Shown piece by piece: positions 7,331 through 15,458 of a DNA stretch of 40,191 nucleotides (positions are counted from its first letter, which is position 1; every line of letters starts with the position of its first letter). Source of the stretch: a virus (lineage: Duplodnaviria; Caudoviricetes); IMG/VR virus record IMGVR_UViG_3300036833_000144, positions 1 to 40,191 of that record, one strand, 5' to 3'. The position numbers and the translations under genes are program-made. The notes beneath the pieces are model-generated. The model saw nothing but the letters and a program-made list of their open reading frames with translations. It was not told where the DNA came from and searched no databases.

Positions 7331-9448
7331 ATGGGCTTACCCCTATTGGCAGATGGGTCATGGAGCGCTCCGGTACTACCACAAGACGTTTCGACGCCTG
7401 CGGGATTTGTACCTGATCCTAAATACACCGACGCTGCGGTTCTCTCAATCGTAGTTCAGGACTACAACCGTGCAAGTGCGTGGCTGACTGATCGCTTGTG
7501 GGTGTTGCACTGGAGAGAGTCGCTAACGCTCTATCAATCACCACGCACCCAAGCGGTCTTCGAAGGCAGCAGCGTCTCCCGTTCCAACGTTTCAAGGTTC
7601 AACGTAGCCAAACAGGTTAATTCACTCGCGCCAGCTATAACCGGCGCGATTTTTTCTGATCCCACCCCCTTCGAGATTCGCCCCCGGCCCAACGTCCACC
7701 AAGATTCAGCGCGAGCGTGGAAGGAGTTGCTGGCGATCATGCTCGATCTCTGCGACTTCAAAAGCGAGATGAGCTATGGCATCGAAGGCATGGTCAACCA
7801 AGGCACGGTGATCTTCAAAATCGGTTGGGAAGAGTACACCGAGATGGAGACGCACTACGTCCGCAAGGCCTCGCCGCAGCGCTTCACGCTTCCGCTGGGA
7901 GGCCAGCCGCTATTGGTCTACACCAAGGAGTCGGACGAGTTCGAGGAGAAGACGGAAGAGGTGACAAAGAAACGTCCCATCTTCCAGAAATGCGAACTGG
8001 GAACGGTCTTTCCCAATCCCAAATGGCGAACCCCGAACCAGATGTGGAAGGCAGGATGGGTGGTGGAGGAGCTTTACCTGAACTATGACGACCTGAAAAA
8101 GCTTCGCCAAGACCCTGATTACGACATTCCCGATGACGACACGCTGCGCTTCATCTTCACCTCGGACTACGAGCAGGTGGATGAGCAGTCAGCAACCTCG
8201 CGGACTATGACCGCCAACGCCAGCATTCACCAAGCTGCGGATGAGGATACCAGCTGGAGCGCCGACCCTCTGGACCAGCCCATGCAGGTGTTGGAGTGGT
8301 GGAGCGAAGGCGTGGTGCGGACGGTCCTTCAGCAGAAGGTGGTTATCCGCAACGGCAAGCACAAGCTGGGCCAGATTCCCTACCTCTCGGCGAACTTCTG
8401 GAACATCGAAAACGCGGCCATGGGCGTGGGCGTCGGCCGTATAGCCGGAAGCGACCAAAGGATCGATCAGGGCCTCACGAATGCCGCATTGGACCTGATC
8501 GCTTTTGCCGTCCAGCCCGAATACCTGATCTCGCGTGGTGCCAACGTACCCACACAGGACATGCGCCGCCGTCTCGGTGGCATCCGGCTGGTGGACGGCG
8601 ATCCACAAAGGGCGGTCACGCTCGTCCAGCAGCCGCAGGTGCCTGCGGACGCGTGGCGAGCACTCCAGATATCGAATATGACAGCCGACGCCGCCACGGG
8701 CGCGGATCAGGCCGCAGTACAGGGTGCTCTCCCCGGTCGTGGCAGCAGCGTGGGTCGTTCCGGTACAGGGGCGGGAATGATCCAGTCTGCTGCCCAAGGC
8801 CGTCTGCAAGCGCCGGTAGAGCGTATCGTAGACGGCATCCTTATCCCTTTCCTCGAATTTCTCTGGTACAACGTGCGGCAACGCATGGCCCCAGCAGAAA
8901 TTCGAGGACTGCTTGCCGACCATCTGGCGCAGGCGATCAACGTCGACTTCTACGATTTCCTTAACGCCGATATTAAGTTCGACACACTGGCAGGCACCCG
9001 GCTGGCGGCACGCGCTCGCATGGCTCAGGCCCTCCCCTTCCTGCTCGAAGTTTTCGGCAATCAAGCCCTGCTTCAGCAGATGAGCCAGATCGGATGGAAG
9101 GTCAACGTCCTCGAAGTCACCAACATGGTGATGGACGTCTCGGAGTGGAAGAACAAACGCGACCTGATTGTGGAGATGACGGATCAGGAAAAACAGATGC
9201 TCGCACAGAGCAATCCGCAGGCACAACAGGCACAGGCAGAAGCGCAACAGCAGCAACAGAAACAGCAGGATGCCTTGCAGCTTGAAGATATGAAGATCAA
9301 AGGCCGCATGGCGGTTAAAGCCGTCGATACCCAGCATCAACAACTAGTCGAATCGCCGCTGGAACGCGCATCCAGTTTCGCCGAACGCACTGCCGACGAG
9401 CGTTCTATGCAGGCCAGCCAGTTCTACGGCCCGTCAGGAGGCATGTGA
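7331..9448 (+). CDS. portal protein (P22-like)
   Basis: 705 aa directly after terL; GAGGTG RBS; GVGVG...DQR, RSGTGAGM and a Q-rich C-terminal barrel-like helix. Confidence 0.8.
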   Translation: MGLPLLADGSWSAPVLPQDVSTPAGFVPDPKYTDAAVLSIVVQDYNRASAWLTDRLWVLHWRESLTLYQSPRTQAVFEGSSVSRSNVSRFNVAKQVNSLAPAITGAIFSDPTPFEIRPRPNVHQDSARAWKELLAIMLDLCDFKSEMSYGIEGMVNQGTVIFKIGWEEYTEMETHYVRKASPQRFTLPLGGQPLLVYTKESDEFEEKTEEVTKKRPIFQKCELGTVFPNPKWRTPNQMWKAGWVVEELYLNYDDLKKLRQDPDYDIPDDDTLRFIFTSDYEQVDEQSATSRTMTANASIHQAADEDTSWSADPLDQPMQVLEWWSEGVVRTVLQQKVVIRNGKHKLGQIPYLSANFWNIENAAMGVGVGRIAGSDQRIDQGLTNAALDLIAFAVQPEYLISRGANVPTQDMRRRLGGIRLVDGDPQRAVTLVQQPQVPADAWRALQISNMTADAATGADQAAVQGALPGRGSSVGRSGTGAGMIQSAAQGRLQAPVERIVDGILIPFLEFLWYNVRQRMAPAEIRGLLADHLAQAINVDFYDFLNADIKFDTLAGTRLAARARMAQALPFLLEVFGNQALLQQMSQIGWKVNVLEVTNMVMDVSEWKNKRDLIVEMTDQEKQMLAQSNPQAQQAQAEAQQQQQKQQDALQLEDMKIKGRMAVKAVDTQHQQLVESPLERASSFAERTADERSMQASQFYGPSGGM

Positions 9449-9837
9449 TGGACGGCATACGCACGGAGCGAAGATTCGGCGTGACCTCCCGGCTGGGACC
9501 GAACCAGATGCGCAACCTGTATGCGCTGCGCAACAGCGAGACATGGCCCGACCTTCTGGATGTGATGGAACAGGTTTGCATTGAAGTCGAGACGGAACTC
9601 ATCAACACGGACGCAGAGAAAGAAGCACAGGTACTTGCCAATCACAAAATGAGCAAGGCCGCATGGATGATCTTCGTTCATGTACAGCAAAAACTGGATC
9701 AGATTGTTAGCTCCTACATGTCTAGTGTTGAAGAACCCATAAAACTCCCCAGCCTTACAGACGAAGAGATGGAACGGGAAAACATTCTTAACCCCACAAA
9801 CTTCGCCGAACACGAGGACAGCTATGGACCCTATTAG
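9445..9837 (+). CDS. hypothetical virion assembly protein
   Basis: Small helical ORF between portal and scaffold; GGAGG RBS. Confidence 0.65.
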   Translation: MMDGIRTERRFGVTSRLGPNQMRNLYALRNSETWPDLLDVMEQVCIEVETELINTDAEKEAQVLANHKMSKAAWMIFVHVQQKLDQIVSSYMSSVEEPIKLPSLTDEEMERENILNPTNFAEHEDSYGPY

Positions 9838-9848
9838 GAGATTTCCCA

Positions 9849-10697
9849 ATGAAGAAACGCTGGTTGAATAACAAACAGCCCGATGAAAACGGCGATATAA
9901 CCCTTGTGATCGAGAACAACGCAGGCCGTCGCCTCTCAACGTTCAAAGCGAAAACAATAGAAGAGATAGCCGACTTGCAGGCCGAGGCGTTACTTCAGGC
10001 AAACCGGACCATCGGCAGGCTAAAACCCGATACCGGCAGGGTTCCCATGAAGGTGGAACCAAGGGAGATCACCGCCGCTGACCGGTTGAGAATGTCGAGT
10101 GAGATCACCGATCCCAACAAGGTCGTGGAGGTGATTGACGAGATCGTGACGGCAAAATCGGGTGCGCCCCCGGCGATGATGGCGCAACGCTTCTCCCAGT
10201 TTGATCGCGAGGCCGCAGACAACTTTTATCGCGCCGAAGCCGAAGCCTTCAGGCAGGAGAACCCCGAATATTATGCAACACCCAACAATCAGGCGCTTCT
10301 CTTCCAAGCGCTGCGTACAGCGGGTTACGATCTCACCCGTAACAACCTTGCCATCGTCTATCAGCAACTCGTAGATGATGGCGCTCTGGAGCTAGCGCCA
10401 GAGGAACCCGAAGAAGAAGAAAACGAAGAGGAGGTGGCCTCTCCGCCACCTCCATCACCTCCACCCGCCCGTGTACCAACTCCAATCTCGCGCCAACGCA
10501 ATCACTCTTCCGGGTTGCGCAACTCCGATGCTAATGCGATGCGCCCAACGCCACGGCCCAAAGCGCCTCTCATTACGTGGGACCAGCTACAACGAATGCC
10601 TCGAGCCGAGTACAACGAGCGACTCCGCGACCCTGCTTTCCGCAGTGCCGTGGATAACCTACAGGCACCAACGCCAGCAATGGCAATCCGAAGATAA
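9849..10697 (+). CDS. putative capsid scaffolding protein
   Basis: Directly before the capsid gene; acidic/Pro-rich linker and C-terminal QLQRMPRAEYNERLRDPAFR helix-turn-helix. Confidence 0.6.
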   Translation: MKKRWLNNKQPDENGDITLVIENNAGRRLSTFKAKTIEEIADLQAEALLQANRTIGRLKPDTGRVPMKVEPREITAADRLRMSSEITDPNKVVEVIDEIVTAKSGAPPAMMAQRFSQFDREAADNFYRAEAEAFRQENPEYYATPNNQALLFQALRTAGYDLTRNNLAIVYQQLVDDGALELAPEEPEEEENEEEVASPPPPSPPPARVPTPISRQRNHSSGLRNSDANAMRPTPRPKAPLITWDQLQRMPRAEYNERLRDPAFRSAVDNLQAPTPAMAIRR

Positions 10698-10795
10698 AAC
10701 TTCGGCTACTGTGCGGTACAACACTCCGACAAACCGGAGTCTCCTGAAGCGGCCAAGACCCGCAAACAAAATCTACCCGTCAGGGAGAGACTTCA

Positions 10796-11959
10796 ATGCG
10801 CACAACGTCGCTGGCCGCCGAGCGCGGCAGAGTGTTTTTCCGCAAAATTATGGTCCCGACTATAGAGTTCATCTGCGCCTTCGGTGGGCAGTTCTTCTTC
10901 TATACGGGCAACGTGGGCAAAGTTCATGCTCATGGCGTGTTGGGTGTTGGCGTGAGTCCGGCGTCGAACCTGACGACAAATTTACCTCAGTCAGTAGTCA
11001 CCAGTTATGACAAAGTTTTTATAGAAAATCTTAAGGGGAACACCCCTTGGATCAGGGCTACATCACGGCGCATGTTGGATGCCTCAAGTGGCAATAAGCT
11101 CGCACTTTTCATGTACCAGAATTTAGCCGCTCCTCCACTCACAACTGCCCCTGAAGGAACCATCCAGACGGGCCTCACTGCCATTGTCGTGCAAAACAGC
11201 GCCACGATGGGTCAGTACGCCGACTACATGAACATCTCGGATTACGCGTTAGGGACCGCAATCGATCCCACACTCGAAGCCCTTGGCGTTCAGATGTCGT
11301 ACAGACTAGCACAGATCATCAACATGCTCATCCAGAACACAGCGGATGCAGCATCGCTTGTCGATCCCCTAGTCAATGTGTTGTCGAAGGACGCCACCAC
11401 GCCCCTCGATGTGACCGATGTGACGGCTGCGGTGCAGTCGCTCGCTGGCGTCAATGCATTGCCCATGATGGATGGCAAATATTTCGGCATCATGCACCCA
11501 TTCACGGTGGGAGATATCCTCACCGATCAAAGCAACAACTCCATGGTGGACGTTTTAAAGCGTACTGCGGTGGGATCGGAACAGTTGCGTGAACTGCCAA
11601 GTCCAGATGGCGACGCGATCCCGGTCATCGACTGGGGTGGCGTGGTCTTCTTCCAGTCCACCTTCGTCCACAAGACGCCCAACTATGACGGCGGCACGGG
11701 AACGGCATTGCGTACTTATATCGTAGGCCGCGACGGCATCATCGGCGTCAGTTTTGGTGGCACCGATCACACCCAAATAGGAGATGGAAGCTATCGCAAT
11801 TTGCAGGTGTGGATAAGACGCTTGACAGAGCCTACCGGGTACGATCCGTCGAGGATGATCGGGGGCTTTGCTTCTTACAATTCTATGTACGTTTGCACGC
11901 TGCCACCGGACCCGGTTGCGCGTATCCGCTACATCGATGCTGTATCCACCATCGCCTGA
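10796..11959 (+). CDS. major capsid protein (N4 gp56/P22-like HK97 fold)
   Basis: EGT..., MGQYADYMNISD, YFGIMHPF and GGVVFFQST motifs; size and position fit. Confidence 0.8.
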   Translation: MRTTSLAAERGRVFFRKIMVPTIEFICAFGGQFFFYTGNVGKVHAHGVLGVGVSPASNLTTNLPQSVVTSYDKVFIENLKGNTPWIRATSRRMLDASSGNKLALFMYQNLAAPPLTTAPEGTIQTGLTAIVVQNSATMGQYADYMNISDYALGTAIDPTLEALGVQMSYRLAQIINMLIQNTADAASLVDPLVNVLSKDATTPLDVTDVTAAVQSLAGVNALPMMDGKYFGIMHPFTVGDILTDQSNNSMVDVLKRTAVGSEQLRELPSPDGDAIPVIDWGGVVFFQSTFVHKTPNYDGGTGTALRTYIVGRDGIIGVSFGGTDHTQIGDGSYRNLQVWIRRLTEPTGYDPSRMIGGFASYNSMYVCTLPPDPVARIRYIDAVSTIA

Positions 11960-11968
11960 AGCTGGAAG

Positions 11969-12021
11969 TTGTGCATTGCAGTACGCACAACAGGGTGGAG
12001 CGGCTGACTCCTCCTCCACCC
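11969..12021 (+). terminator. twin hairpins after the capsid gene (attenuator or mRNA stabiliser)
   Basis: GTTGTGC/GCACAAC and GGGTGGAG/CTCCACCC stems; no good U tract. Confidence 0.4.
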
Positions 12022-12046
12022 ATTCCACTAACTCAAGGGGGATTTT

Positions 12047-12538
12047 ATGGGAAACGAAATAGACAGAAAGAAAGTTACCGAAGAGTTCGAATCGCTGCAA
12101 CTGGAAGAGACACGCTACCGGGTGCAGCAACTTCGCGGCGACCAGCAGCGCCGACTCATCCGCGCTCGCTCCGTCGAAACCTCGCTGTCCTCAGATCGAC
12201 AGCGGGAACACGAAACCCAATCGCGCTGCACGCATAAGAAGGGCGGCAGGGGCGTGGAGATGATGTTCTCCGGCAATGACTCCAATTATGCCGTCATCAA
12301 ACACACCCTGCCCACCGGCGAAACCATCGTCGCCTGCCAGCGCTGTATCAGGCTGTGGCGCAAGCCCGACGCTGAACTGAACCAGCGCGGCGCTTCGCTC
12401 GAAGACCGCAAAACCTACGCACGGCAGATGAAGGATTATCGCGAGGCGCTGGCGTTTCCGACTGACAACGAACCCAGTGGATCGCAGTTGTTCATGCTCG
12501 TCCGTGGCAACCCCGAAGTGGCACTGGAAAGCACATAA
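12047..12538 (+). CDS. hypothetical protein with putative Zn site
   Basis: CTH...H...CQRC; N-terminal coiled coil. Confidence 0.7.
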   Translation: MGNEIDRKKVTEEFESLQLEETRYRVQQLRGDQQRRLIRARSVETSLSSDRQREHETQSRCTHKKGGRGVEMMFSGNDSNYAVIKHTLPTGETIVACQRCIRLWRKPDAELNQRGASLEDRKTYARQMKDYREALAFPTDNEPSGSQLFMLVRGNPEVALEST

Positions 12539-12542
12539 CGCC

Positions 12543-13334
12543 ATGTCCCTCCATAAAACCAAAGCTCACCATCGCGGCAAGAAACCAACGCAGAAAGCGA
12601 GACACCCCATGACAGCAGATGTAGTCGATCCGAACGTCTCCAACAACAAGGAAAACCGGCAGCAGGATCGCGGCCCACAGACCGCGAGCAGGGTAAGTCA
12701 GGAACTTGGTGGACGGCGACCTCATCCAGAACGCGACGATGAGACGAGAAGGCCTTATCAACGGGCGCACTCGGACAAGGAACCCACCACCAGCGGCTAT
12801 AACTCGCAGTCGGAAAACAATGACGGGCAGGCCCGTGAGCAGGAGTATGAGCGGGGCGATCCCGAAAAAGGCAGGATCGATCCCGAAGATATCGCCTTCG
12901 CTCAGAACGTGGGTCAGGTGGCCATCCGTGACCGCCGCGCTTACCTCATCGATCAGGCCGAGAAGAATGAATCCGCCAACGATGAGATCAACGCTCGCAT
13001 GGTGGAGAAGAACAAAAAACTGTCCGAAGCACAGGCCATCGCGCTCGATCCCGACGAGATGCGAGCTAATTCGATGGAAAGCGCTATCGCTGAAATCGAA
13101 CTGCACGATCAACAGCACGCCAGAGATACCCAAATCCAGCGCCAGCAGATACAGCGAGCACGTCGACTGGCGGCACGCGGACACACCGTGGATGACTCCT
13201 TCATCGCGGGACCGGACACCGAGACGGAACCAGCCAGCCAAGAAGAAGACGAAGAACCGGAGGACGCAGCCACTCGGCGTAAGCGCACGCAGGACGAAAA
13301 AGACAAAGAGAAAAAAGACCAGCAAGCCAAATAG
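12543..13334 (+). CDS. hydrophilic, probably disordered protein
   Basis: Highly charged ORF filling the gap in the operon; start at 12543 or 12609. Confidence 0.55.
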   Translation: MSLHKTKAHHRGKKPTQKARHPMTADVVDPNVSNNKENRQQDRGPQTASRVSQELGGRRPHPERDDETRRPYQRAHSDKEPTTSGYNSQSENNDGQAREQEYERGDPEKGRIDPEDIAFAQNVGQVAIRDRRAYLIDQAEKNESANDEINARMVEKNKKLSEAQAIALDPDEMRANSMESAIAEIELHDQQHARDTQIQRQQIQRARRLAARGHTVDDSFIAGPDTETEPASQEEDEEPEDAATRRKRTQDEKDKEKKDQQAK

Positions 13335-13349
13335 TAACGAGGTGGCGGC

Positions 13350-14384
13350 GTGGGCAACAGCAGCATCACCTTACAGATGATTATGGATGGTGTATCAGCG
13401 ATCGGAGACTTGCAGACGGTCTTCACCGCGACGGGCGGGTTTTCGTCCGAACCCGCCCTCACCATCGCCAATGATGTTGCCGCTGATATGTTCTCGCCGC
13501 GCTTCCCGTGGAAGTGGAATCGCATCAAGGTTCAACCCTTCGTCCTGATTAGCCTGCAACAGGACTATGCCAGCCTGAACATCCACAACATCGGATGGCT
13601 GGAAAACGCCTATCGCATGGATGCCAATTCAATCAACATCCCGCCGCCCACATGGCCAATTCAGGTGGTGCGTGATCTTCCCATGTCGAGCGTGGCCGCA
13701 GGCTGGCCCACCAAGCTGTGCTGGCTACCCAACAACCAGCTGGAGCAAGGGGTGTGGCCGGGGCCGGGAGTGAAGTACACCAATCCCATCGGGCAACCGC
13801 AGACGCCGCATAATCCGTGGACCAACATCCTCGATGCCAATGGCAACATTCTGGTGCTTACCCAGTGGGGCATCACCGGACTGGTGGAACCGGTAGCACC
13901 CATAGTTGTCGATCCCGACGATCCCCCGCCTGACTGGAATGAAGACTGGCCCGTGGGTGCCGTCATCGCGGACGGCACCTGCGAATGGACCGTCGCCCAT
14001 CCCACCGCGCAGGGCTTCCGGCTGTCTCCGCGGCCTCCCGACTCCAGCGGCAATACATGGGTTATCCGCGTTTTTGCGCAGGGCAACGGACCCTACTTCG
14101 AGACGATGCAGGACACGCTCGATCCCGTTCCCAACGATGATGCCAAATACTTCCGCGAAGGCTGCGTCGCCTATGCTCACCGCTACTCGGCCAACCCCGT
14201 AGTCAAAGCTCGCTACATGCAGCTGAAGCAGGAGTGGCAGAACGACTTGGAACAGAACCTCTCGCAGGGAGCCAACGAGGACGAGGCCTATGTCTTCTAT
14301 CCCGCCCATGGCTTGCTGTCGCCCGAATACTTCAGCGATCCCGGCCCCGGCAATCCGTATTGGCGACAGTGGGGAGGCCGCTGA
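13350..14384 (+). CDS. putative head-tail adaptor / tail tubular protein, paralog 1
   Basis: GAGGTG RBS; position; FPWKWNR...QDY motif shared with the next gene. Confidence 0.55.
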   Translation: MGNSSITLQMIMDGVSAIGDLQTVFTATGGFSSEPALTIANDVAADMFSPRFPWKWNRIKVQPFVLISLQQDYASLNIHNIGWLENAYRMDANSINIPPPTWPIQVVRDLPMSSVAAGWPTKLCWLPNNQLEQGVWPGPGVKYTNPIGQPQTPHNPWTNILDANGNILVLTQWGITGLVEPVAPIVVDPDDPPPDWNEDWPVGAVIADGTCEWTVAHPTAQGFRLSPRPPDSSGNTWVIRVFAQGNGPYFETMQDTLDPVPNDDAKYFREGCVAYAHRYSANPVVKARYMQLKQEWQNDLEQNLSQGANEDEAYVFYPAHGLLSPEYFSDPGPGNPYWRQWGGR

Positions 14385-15082
14385 TGGGTGCAACGAGAAA
14401 CATCATGTCGAGCGCTCTGTTCTCGCTGCCCTTCCTCGAATATCAGCCGGTCAATATCTCCAACGGCGAACCCGCGATCACTGCCGCCAACCTCACCAAA
14501 CAGACCATGCTGGGAGCGCCCTTCACATGGGCGTGGAACCGGGGCAACTTCAGCTTCAACACCACCGGCGACCAGAACTACACCGTCACCGTGCCCAACT
14601 TCGGCTTCTTGGAAAAAGTATGGGTACAGGATGAGAAGGGCAACGTCATCGAAATCAAGATCGTGCTGGGGCTGGCGGCAGAGAGCCATGTGCAGCGGCC
14701 AGCTTCGATCGCCGCCCAACAGATCGATGACGACAGCGTTCTCTTCCGGCTCAATGCCCTGCCGGATAAGGCCTATACGGTTAACGGATTCTTCCAGCTT
14801 GCCGCTATGTGGATGTCATCGATGGCATCGTCATGGACACCGATTCCCGACTATCTGAGCTACATCTACGACTGGGGCTTTCTATCCAACGTCGCCATGC
14901 TGACCAAGGATGCACGCTTCCCCATCTTCGCCCAGCGCTTCACCTCGCATCTGCTGGGCGCTCAGGACGGCTTGACGGCAACCCAGCGCAACATCTTCTT
15001 AGGCAATTGGACTGAAGTGCTGACCGCACCGCAGCGAGCGCAGGCCAATGTGCAGCAGGGCACCGCCGCGAGGCAGATATGA
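14384..15082 (+). CDS. putative head-tail adaptor / tail tubular protein, paralog 2
   Basis: ATG at 14384 after GGAGG; FTWAWNR...QNY motif. Confidence 0.55.
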   Translation: MGATRNIMSSALFSLPFLEYQPVNISNGEPAITAANLTKQTMLGAPFTWAWNRGNFSFNTTGDQNYTVTVPNFGFLEKVWVQDEKGNVIEIKIVLGLAAESHVQRPASIAAQQIDDDSVLFRLNALPDKAYTVNGFFQLAAMWMSSMASSWTPIPDYLSYIYDWGFLSNVAMLTKDARFPIFAQRFTSHLLGAQDGLTATQRNIFLGNWTEVLTAPQRAQANVQQGTAARQI

Positions 15083-15091
15083 GAGGCCACT

Positions 15092-15193
15092 ATGAGGGGC
15101 GATTCAGGAATCACATATCTGCTGGCGATGGTGCTGTTACTGGCATTTGTTTGGGGCATCTGGCTCATCTTCTGGGGGTTGGCACCGAAGTAG
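15092..15193 (+). CDS. 33-aa single-TM peptide (not in ORF track)
   Basis: GAGAGG RBS; MRGDSGITYLLAMVLLLAFVWGIWLIFWGLAPK. Confidence 0.55.
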   Translation: MRGDSGITYLLAMVLLLAFVWGIWLIFWGLAPK

Positions 15194-15206
15194 GCTTTGA
15201 TATAAT
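15179..15206 (+). promoter_or_regulatory. strong extended -10 promoter for the candidate sRNA
   Basis: TTGGCA-N16-TATAAT, with TG one base upstream of the -10 (TGATATAAT). Confidence 0.7.
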
Positions 15207-15251
15207 AAAGGCCTCGACGCGGCAGGCACCGCATCGAGGGTTAGTGAAGCC

Positions 15252-15332
15252 TTATAGAAGCAATCGTAGTAACGCGATTGCGGCTAGTAGTACGAGTCTT
15301 CTATCGACTCGCAGTTTCAAGTCCAATTCCAT
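15252..15332 (-). CDS. 26-aa hydrophobic peptide, candidate type I toxin
   Basis: AAAGGAGGTG SD then MELDLKLRVDRRLVLLAAIALLRLLL; antisense to the structural operon. Confidence 0.65.
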   Translation of the reverse strand: MELDLKLRVDRRLVLLAAIALLRLLL

Positions 15333-15351
15333 AAAGCACCTCCTTTCGATG

Positions 15352-15395
15352 GAACCGGGAGATGGTCTTCTAAGACTGTCTCCCGGTTCTGTTTT
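15352..15395 (+). terminator. intrinsic terminator of the candidate sRNA
   Basis: GAACCGGGAGATGGTCTT/AAGACTGTCTCCCGGTTC stem followed by TGTTTT. Confidence 0.65.
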
Positions 15396-15458
15396 CGCTC
15401 GAAGAGAAAACATGCCGCCTCGAAAGAAGGCCTCCTCAGTTTACATGGAGGTGGCCTG

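Larger units (their letters stand above)
15212..15395 (+). ncRNA. candidate antisense antitoxin sRNA (~185 nt)
   Basis: Own promoter, hairpins at 15212-15239, 15260-15281 and 15293-15311, terminator at 15352-15395; complementary to the whole peptide ORF and its SD (CACCTCCTTT). Confidence 0.6.

Noticed and set aside
5396-9343. Long antisense ORFs (364 aa and 384 aa) opposite terminase and portal
   Set aside because: Shadow frames expected from GC-rich codon bias; no RBS or motifs. The same applies to 12492-13325 and 13725-14393
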